A DNA stretch of 60,078 nucleotides, filler included, from Dugesia japonica (Eukaryota): the NCBI GenBank assembly GCA_001938525.1. It is 4 parts of 4 records of this genome, joined end to end, with 100 filler letters (N's around TTAATTAATTAA, not from the genome) between each part and the next. Parts side by side here need not be neighbours in the genome. Positions count along the whole stretch, not along the records: positions 48,445 to 60,078 come from MQRL01625844.1; 3 more parts are not named here. One strand, written 5' to 3'. The position numbers were made by a program, and so were the translations under genes. This document shows, one piece after another, positions 52,470 through 60,078 of the stretch. The notes beneath the pieces are model-generated. The model searched no databases. It was not told the DNA's origin and was given only the letters and a program-made list of their open reading frames with translations. Positions within the stretch are counted from its first letter, which is position 1. Each line of letters begins with the position of its first letter.

Positions 52470-53545
52470 GTAGCACAGTCAAGCTATTTCTCGTGATTGG
52501 AAAATCAAAATAGCCAAGATCATTTAAAGGAACAGAAATAAAGAATCTTCCTGTTGACTATTATAATCAAAAAGGAGCATGAATGGATAGAAGGATCTTT
52601 GAACATTGGTTTAAAAATAAATGGGTCCCAGAAATTCGAGTTTTTTTAAAAAGTAAAGGATTGCCGCAGAAGACTGTTCTGTTATTAGATAATGCTCCTT
52701 GTCATCCAAATGAAAGCATACTGAAAACAGACGACGGTCTTATAACTGCAAAATTTTTACCACCTAATGTAACATCTTTAAGTCAACCTATGGATCAAGG
52801 AGTTATCTATTTAATGAAACGCCATTATCNCAATGATCTCCTTAGAAGCTTTTGCATAGAGAATGATGATTTAATGAATTTATGGAAAAAAATGACAATG
52901 TTAGATGCAATATATGGAGCTGTTAAATCTTGGAACAAAATTAAGCCAATAACCCTAGTTCGATCGTGGTTGAAAATNNNNNNNNNNNNNNNNNNNNNNN
53001 NNNNNNNNNNNNNNNNNNNNNNNNNNNTGGAACAAAATTAAGCCAATAACCCTAGTTCGATCGTGGTTGAAAATTTTGTCAAACGTAGAAAGTAATGTTT
53101 TGGACTCTATAGAACCTTAGATATATAACATTTCAAAATTATGTGAATTAATGAAAATTTTAAATGCTTTTGAATATGCTGATGACCAAAATATTAAGAA
53201 ATGGATGGAATTTGATTTATCTGATCCAGGATTCCAGATACAGAGTGACACGGATATTATTTCAAATCTAATTTCAAATCCGAATACATCGATCAATGAA
53301 ACTTCGACTATAACAATAAAATATTTTTAAGAAAAAGTTGAGATGATATTAGATAGTCATTGAGAAAGTCACTTAAACAAACTAAAATTACCGATTTTTT
53401 AATAAAGCATTGAATATATTTTCATTGTTTTTGTATCATACTAGTATTTATTATTTTTGTTTTATTATTTTGTGAATTATTCGTGGTTTTCGATTATCCG
53501 TGCCGGCCCTCCCCATCATTAGCCAGGATAATCGGGAGTTTACCG
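52470..53545 (+). mobile_element. pogo/Tigger DDE_1 transposon, 3' part with TIR
   Basis: [41 protein letters not shown]; 3' end GGATAATCGGGAGTTTACCG followed by TA. Confidence 0.9.
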
Positions 53546-54832
53546 TATTATCAATAACAGTATTTCATTGTCATTTACTTTTGTTTATTTCAGTTCAATA
53601 ATTTTCACAAAAGTTCCACAAACGTTCACGAATGTAAAATCATGTTTTTATGAGCTAAGATGTGATTAAATCATCCCCATTATTTGATGTGACAATGTCT
53701 GATAATTGCGCAAAGTCCAGAGTTCATTTCAAGATTTGTAATTACTAAGAAGAATAAATTTTATACAGGAGGTTGTATGAAATAAAAGAACAGTAAAAAT
53801 AAATTGACGCAAACTGATACATTTGACTTTGCATAATACTGTTAAGATAATAATTACTTTGTCTGTAGCCTAATGAGATTATTTGACAAGTCTAAACAAA
53901 TCAACATTATCTTAAATGCGCAATCAGATCCAGGAGATCTAAACCATTGAAATTTCAAGAAGGGGTTGCTTAAAACCGATGATTTTATTCAATTTAGAGC
54001 AGTTAGTAAGTTAAGTAGTGTTCTGGTCTAATTATGACTAAAAATGCAGGGTCTGAATAAATGAGGGAGTTTAATGGATCATTTTGCATATTACTGAAAC
54101 TAATAATAATAATAAAAGTTACTTTTCAGGCACAGCTAATAAAGTTTTCATATTCTTCAACTGTTGAAAATGAAGAGACATGTCAGTGTTTAAAACAATT
54201 TCAATTACAAACAACCGAAGCTCCCTAAAATACAAATTTTTATAATGAAATGATTAAGAAATGTTATTTTGTCTAAATCTCTAAAAATATTTTAGTATTT
54301 TCATTTGAAGTGACATTCACATAAATTCTAAATTTATTTAACCCAATAACTGCTATTGTCCTTTTTGGGACGTTATATTTTTTGTTTTAGAAAGTCTGCT
54401 AGTTTTAAGATTAATCTATATATAATTTTTTTTAAAAGGACTAAATTGTTTCTTTTTATTTAATTGATGTCAGCAGTTCCTGGAATCCTTGAGAGGAAAA
54501 TAGATTTAAAAAATTTGCACAGATAATGGTTTATCCCATACCTATAAAAGTAATTTAATTATTGCAATTATTTCAAATTTTAGATTGTTTTGCATAAAAT
54601 TGTTTACATTNTTTAAATGTGTCAATTCAAATGAAAATAAACCGAAATAAAATTTAAGAATATGCATTTGTGAACATTTACAATTTTCAATTATCTTTTG
54701 AATTAATGAAACTTATATTATATATTTAATTTAAAAGATTTTAAAACTTTAAAACGATCACGTTTTTCGATATAGTCTATAATTAGCTAACAAGCATGAA
54801 TCTTGTTAGTATAAATTGAATTATCTTTGTTA

Positions 54833-55730
54833 TTAGGTTGATGAAATATAAANGCAGGTTTTTAAATCTCAACTTTAAATTAGTACAACTCAGCTTATAA
54901 ACAAGTTTCTTAATCGAAATAAAAACCACTAGAATCAACGCATTTTCGTCAATGTTACAAGTTTATTTATACTGGCAGTATAGAATTCAAGAGTTCTTGT
55001 AGCGATGAAGTTGGTGAAGGCGTTGTGGGAATTGTCTTGGTTTTTGAAGCATTTTACTCGAAAAAAGTTGTTCATATGCTTGAAAAAGTGATAGTCAGTG
55101 GACGAGAGGTCCGGCAAATATGGCGGATGAGGCAGAGTCTCGTAGTCCAATTCGTGCAACTTCTGCAGGGTTAGTTGTGCGACGTGCGGCCGAGCNNNNN
55201 NNNNNNNNNNNNNNNNNNNNNNNNNNNNNNNNNNNNNNNNNNNNNNNNNNNNNNNNNNNNNNNNNNCTTTCGTCAATTTGTTGATAATACTTCTCTGCTG
55301 TAATCGTTTTGCCCGGATTCCAAAAGCTGTTATGGATAAGACTGGCTGCAGACCACCAAACAATCCCCATAACCTTCTTTTGGCGAAATGCCGACTTCGG
55401 AAAGTGCTGTGGTTGTTGATCGCGGTTCAACCATTGCACCGAACGTCACCGGTTGTCATATTATAATTCGTTCCAGAAAAGGATCGTTTTTGTTGCGCAA
55501 AACGAGCGAAGATGCAACTTCATAATGCCGATTTTTTTCTAATCGTTCAATTCGTGTGGAACCTACTTATCGAGCTTTTTTGTCTTTCCAATTCGCTTTA
55601 AATGACAAACGACGGTTGATTGGTCAACGTTGAGCTCTTCAGTAACGTATCGTGGGGTTTTGCGAGAATTAATTTCGATTAACTGCTTCAATTTCTCATT
55701 ATCAATGGCTGATGGACGTCTGGCATAAGA
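54833..55730 (-). mobile_element. mariner (DD34D) transposon, 5' truncated
   Basis: *VPHEL, YDNR, ARPHVA, HPPYLPDLSSTDYHFF; TA followed by TIR TTAGGTTG at 54831-54840. Confidence 0.92.
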
Positions 55731-56261
55731 TGAATTTGGTGAAAATTTGAATCTTGTGTTTGCAATTATAATTAATGAAAATTTTAAAACTTTGTGAGTT
55801 TGATCTTGAGTGTTGAGAAATCAGAAAAAATTATTGAAAATAAATCAAATTTTGCAAAAAGGTCGGAAGAAAATTCTTGTTATTCACTTATTCGAATCTT
55901 AAAACATTTAACCAATTAAACTCTTTCTCAGAGTTATGAATATTAAAGGATTGTTTTCATATTATAATTCGATTTATAAAAGATACAAAATTATTTTTAA
56001 TAAGGTATTTATAGTATTCAATTAGTTATTATGAATAACGATATGAAAATGTAACTGGCGACCACAGCAGGACTGTGAATGATGTGATAAGACAACAGCA
56101 TGACAAAAAAATTTTTAGAGGTGTTATTAAAAAAGCTCAAAAATTGATCAATTTTAATATCAGAAAATATGATGGTTAAGGTACAGCAGAAGCTTTAATA
56201 TGGTTCAAGGACATCGAAGAATGGATTATTCATAATGATTTCGATTCCCGTCTCAAATAGT

Positions 56262-56610
56262 CTATGATTCTGGATCATGGAGCAATTCCAGCGGCCTATC
56301 CATTGTCTTGAGAGCACTTAACCAGTTCAATCCCGGTAAGGAANNNNNNNNNNNNNNNNNNNNNNNNNNNNNNNNNNNNNNNNNNNNNNNNNNNNNNNNN
56401 NNNNNNNNNNCCCAGAAATAAATGTCTAGCTTCTTGTAATGAAACATATACTCTAGTAAATTACTACTTCCATATTCGACCCATGCCAACGTTGCAATTT
56501 CGTATTCAAACTCTATGATTTCTGGCCATTTTGGAGATACACATGTTTCATTAATCAGCATATCATAGGACGTTGCAAACTTGTAAGGAAATATAACTTT
56601 ACTCTGGTGT
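56262..56610 (-). pseudogene. Polinton pPolB fragment
   Basis: FPYKFATSY...NLLEYMFHYKKLDI...SLPGLNWLSALKTMDRPLELL, homologous to 34130-34470. Confidence 0.8.
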
Positions 56611-58705
56611 CCATTTTGCGGATATTCTGATAAGACGGAAGATAACGCTGTCGGTAAATAAATGTTAGAATTAGTGTTTTATCATTTAATACTTTATGTG
56701 GCTATTAACGATAGTGCTTTATCGGTGCTATCATTTAAAATCGAGTATGAAAAAAAACAGGCTTATATTACTGACTAAAAGCAATTTATGATATTTTACA
56801 TACGAGTGATTAAGACGAGATACCGCGAAATCTCGTTGGACTCAGGAAAAATTACCGTAACACAGAGGTGTCACAAACGTTTCAGTATTTCAGGTTACCC
56901 TTAAGACAAACAATGATGTAGATATTAATGCGAGAGTGAAGAGTATGGAGTAAATATTTAAATCGAAACGTATTCAGTATATATTAATAGCAATGTGTTT
57001 TACTCGCTTCCTGTATAAATCCTTTCCATATATCTACTTTTTATAAGAGCATACAAAGAAATATAGTAAAACAATTAATAATTACATAAATTTTGTTGAT
57101 ATAAAATTAACTAGTTCAAAATGCGAATCAGAAATAATTACAAGAATCGTAACATTCAATCAGTCTTTCAATATTTATGATTAAATTGAAATTAGAATGA
57201 TGAAATTTATCGATGATAATTAATATTTATACATAAATGCAAAAATTCGTATTATAACGATTTTTTAAAATATTTTTCATAGAATTGAAATCACGGTAGA
57301 TAAATCTTTATTAGTTTGAACAATGATTACCAACCTTTTGGTCTTCGCGGAACTCTAAAAATCAGCCTTTTCCATTATGAACCGCGACAAGCGGCATTGC
57401 TGTCTGTCAATTATCATAAATTTTTAGCTTGCGCAGTTCAGTCAGTCTGGATTTGTAACAAAGTTTTTTTATGTGTTAATTATGAAAAATAAGGAAGTTA
57501 CGTAGCCCAAATTTTTNTATTTTTGTATAGAAAATTAAAAATATGAGAAGAAAAAATTCCACCATCACTTTTTTGCAGTTTGTCATGTTATTAATAAATT
57601 TTTAATCAAATTATTTTTTATTTAAATTATTTTTTAAAAACTTTCAATTTTGCTGCCCGACCAATATATCAGCACTCAATAATATATGCAGTTATACCTC
57701 GTATAATGCGTATCCAAAATCTGAAATTTGGAAACAAATATAAATAAAGCTTAGTTAAGTTACTTCTGTATAAACAGCGCGTTACACGGGGTTCTAGATA
57801 CGCGTTATATGGAGGTTAAAAAAAAGCAAAATTCGTACATTTATTTGAATATAACACCATTAGGTAACTACGGTACTTAAGCATGAATAATATCTCAAAT
57901 ATGTCAAATTTGCATTACTACTGTCTTAACAGATGACAAATGTTGAAATAATATAATACATATCTATTAATCTGAATTATACAAAAATTGTGTATAACTT
58001 ACTTAAATTCTTCTTTTGTTAAATTTTTAAATATTTGCAAATTATCGTCACGAATTAGCCGAAAAACCGCTGAAATATGATGGTTCTCAAGAACTCCTCT
58101 ATCATTATACAACAAGGCTAATTTCGAACTAAATAAAGTTATAAATAATATATAGATTTAAATTAATATTTTTTATTATTGAACTACATTTTTTACAATT
58201 AAGGATTTAAAATTTAAAACTCTACATACTCAATAATAACTTGATAAAAATAACTCAACAATTGAAATTTAATCAGAAGGTGATTGAAGCAACACTGTTA
58301 AAAGTTTACTAAGTTTTAAATGTAATTTAATTAGATTATATATTTAAAAATTTTTAATTTTTTTTTATTAAAATTTATTTTAAATTCGTTTAAGTTAAAT
58401 TCGTTATATTTCTGCATGCAAAATTTTAGAAATTTTAGCAGGAAAGAAAGGTAATATTTTTACAAAATATTTTTTGATATTTTTTATCTTATTTTTTATC
58501 TTAATATAGTAACTCTTTATAATAATATAACCAAATAATAAAAACAGCTAATTTGATCTGATTAAATATGGAAAAATTTTAAAATAAAATAATTTAAATT
58601 ATTCCTCTAAATTATATTTTTTAAAGAACCGAAATTCACATTTAAATTTTCACTGACAGATTTCAAATTTCTGCCATCTTCGTACACTTTAATTTTGCAT
58701 TTTTC

Positions 58706-59843
58706 CAGTAGTGTATTGGGGCCTGAACGTACCAGAACAGCGTTCCGGTATATTTTTCCAGTAAAGAATTGTTTTTAATTTCCACTGAAAATTATATTTT
58801 AAATTGACGAATTTGAAAAAACATTTCAAAAAATATGTGAATTAATAGAGGATTTATCTTTCTTTGTTTCTTTTGACTTTTCTAAAATAAATAAACATCA
58901 AGTGTTCTGTGTTTGAAATATTACATACCATATTATCAAACTACAAATTCCGACAATGGAGCTAAGGCGCCCATGCGAACTAGTGGACTTACGTTCGAAT
59001 CTCATCAATTACTATTTCATACCGCCACGCTCATTAAGCTGTTGTTTAGATTATATTATTGTGTATAACGCCCACATCTTTTGCTTGTTCATTATATATA
59101 TAATATTAAAGGTAAAAAATAAAAGTGTTTAAATATTTTTGAAGTCAATCATTTTCAAAATTTAATTTAGTTTAATTATATTTTAGGAACTTAAATATAA
59201 GCATATATACAATTNATTATTGAAATATTATTTNATAAAAAATAATAAAAATTAATTTTTTATATTTAATATTATAAATGAGCAAAAAACGTAAACAACC
59301 CACTTTGGACAAAATCTTTGAAAAAAATCTCAAAACTTAAAACAACATAAAGAAGATGTAGTAGTGCTAGAAAACAGGATAAATCAAATGGACATTTTAC
59401 CAACATCAACAGAAAACTTTCAAAAACAAGAAGAATCACTATTAATAAAATTGGCTGAGTATTTGGGCAGCAGATATGATCTTCGAAAAAAAATATATAC
59501 TTGGCTAAAATGCGATTCCGGAAAATTAGGATGTCTGACTTGTTCAGCTATTCAGACTTTAGAACCTTTAAAGACGCAGGAGTAAGAGTCTCAAAAGAAT
59601 GGAGTGGCACTAAGGTATCAGCTTATGGTAAGGATAAAGCTTCACAACTTACTTCTTTGCGGAAAAAAATGTATGAACATTATAATAGATTTTCACATAC
59701 AACAACTGAGAAAATCTTAAAAGAAGCAGACAATAAAAGGCTTGAAGTTATTGTAAATAAAATGAATGAATCTAAAATTTGTAACACCAGAAAAGTTTTA
59801 GAACTGAGTATTATATTGCTAAACATGATCGCCAATATTCTGA
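58706..59843 (+). mobile_element. hAT transposon 5' end with ZNF862/KIAA1586-like transposase N-terminus
   Basis: CAGTAGTGTA...GAACGTACCAGAACAGCGTTCCGG end; MSKKRKQPTL, YTWLKCDSGKLGCLTC, SKEW, SLRKKMYEH...SH; interrupted at 59844. Confidence 0.7.
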
Positions 59844-60078
59844 AATAGATAGATAGTGGCACACGGGCACAATTTTTAATGAGTTATCGCGCACCCCACC
59901 GGGAGGCTCGGAAACACATTGCGCTTGAGCTGCGTTTTTTTTACATGATTTTTGTGCTCGTTTTTTTTCTTAAGATTTTTGGGATCAAAAAAGTTTTGAT
60001 CGGATTAAATTTTTTTTAATCGGATCAGTTTTTTTATCCTGGGTGTGTGTTTATTTTTAAATTTAAAATTTTGTGTGT
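59844..60078 (+). mobile_element. Left terminus of a Polinton-like element (runs off the window)
   Basis: AATAGATAGATAGTGGCACACGGGCACAATTT matches the reverse complement of 45576-45607; 59960-60015 matches about 45460-45516. Confidence 0.7.

Noticed and set aside
45576-60078. 45607 and 59844 termini as the two TIRs of one element
   Set aside because: Their element bodies extend away from each other, they lie on different scaffolds, and the flanking 6-mers differ.

Overview
AT-rich eukaryotic (animal) DNA made almost entirely of decayed transposons. No intact host gene, RNA gene or CRISPR array is supported. Short AT-rich introns and (AAT)n tracts suggest a planarian-like genome (inference). 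Three artificial 100-nt spacers (N44-TTAATTAATTAA-N44) split the window into four joined scaffolds: 1-14593, 14694-33134, 33235-48344 and 48445-60078. The window holds many Ty3/Gypsy fragments, Polinton/Maverick pieces (four pPolB fragments, a putative minor capsid gene, AGTAGATAG termini), and hAT, pogo/Tigger and mariner relics. Highlight 1: a Gypsy element (about 23.75-31.9 kb) carries a chuvirus-like/gB-type glycoprotein upstream of, and in the same frame as, its protease, followed by RT-RH-IN. A second, diverged copy of the same 'unknown domain + internal signal + glycoprotein' cassette lies on another scaffold (45.6-48.3 kb, minus strand). Highlight 2: a palindromic mini-Polinton of about 313 bp has a perfect 6-bp TSD and six RFX X-box-like sites, while another putative Polinton end carries seven AP-1 sites. 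Family assignments come from motif recognition by eye, not database searches, and pseudogene boundaries are approximate.
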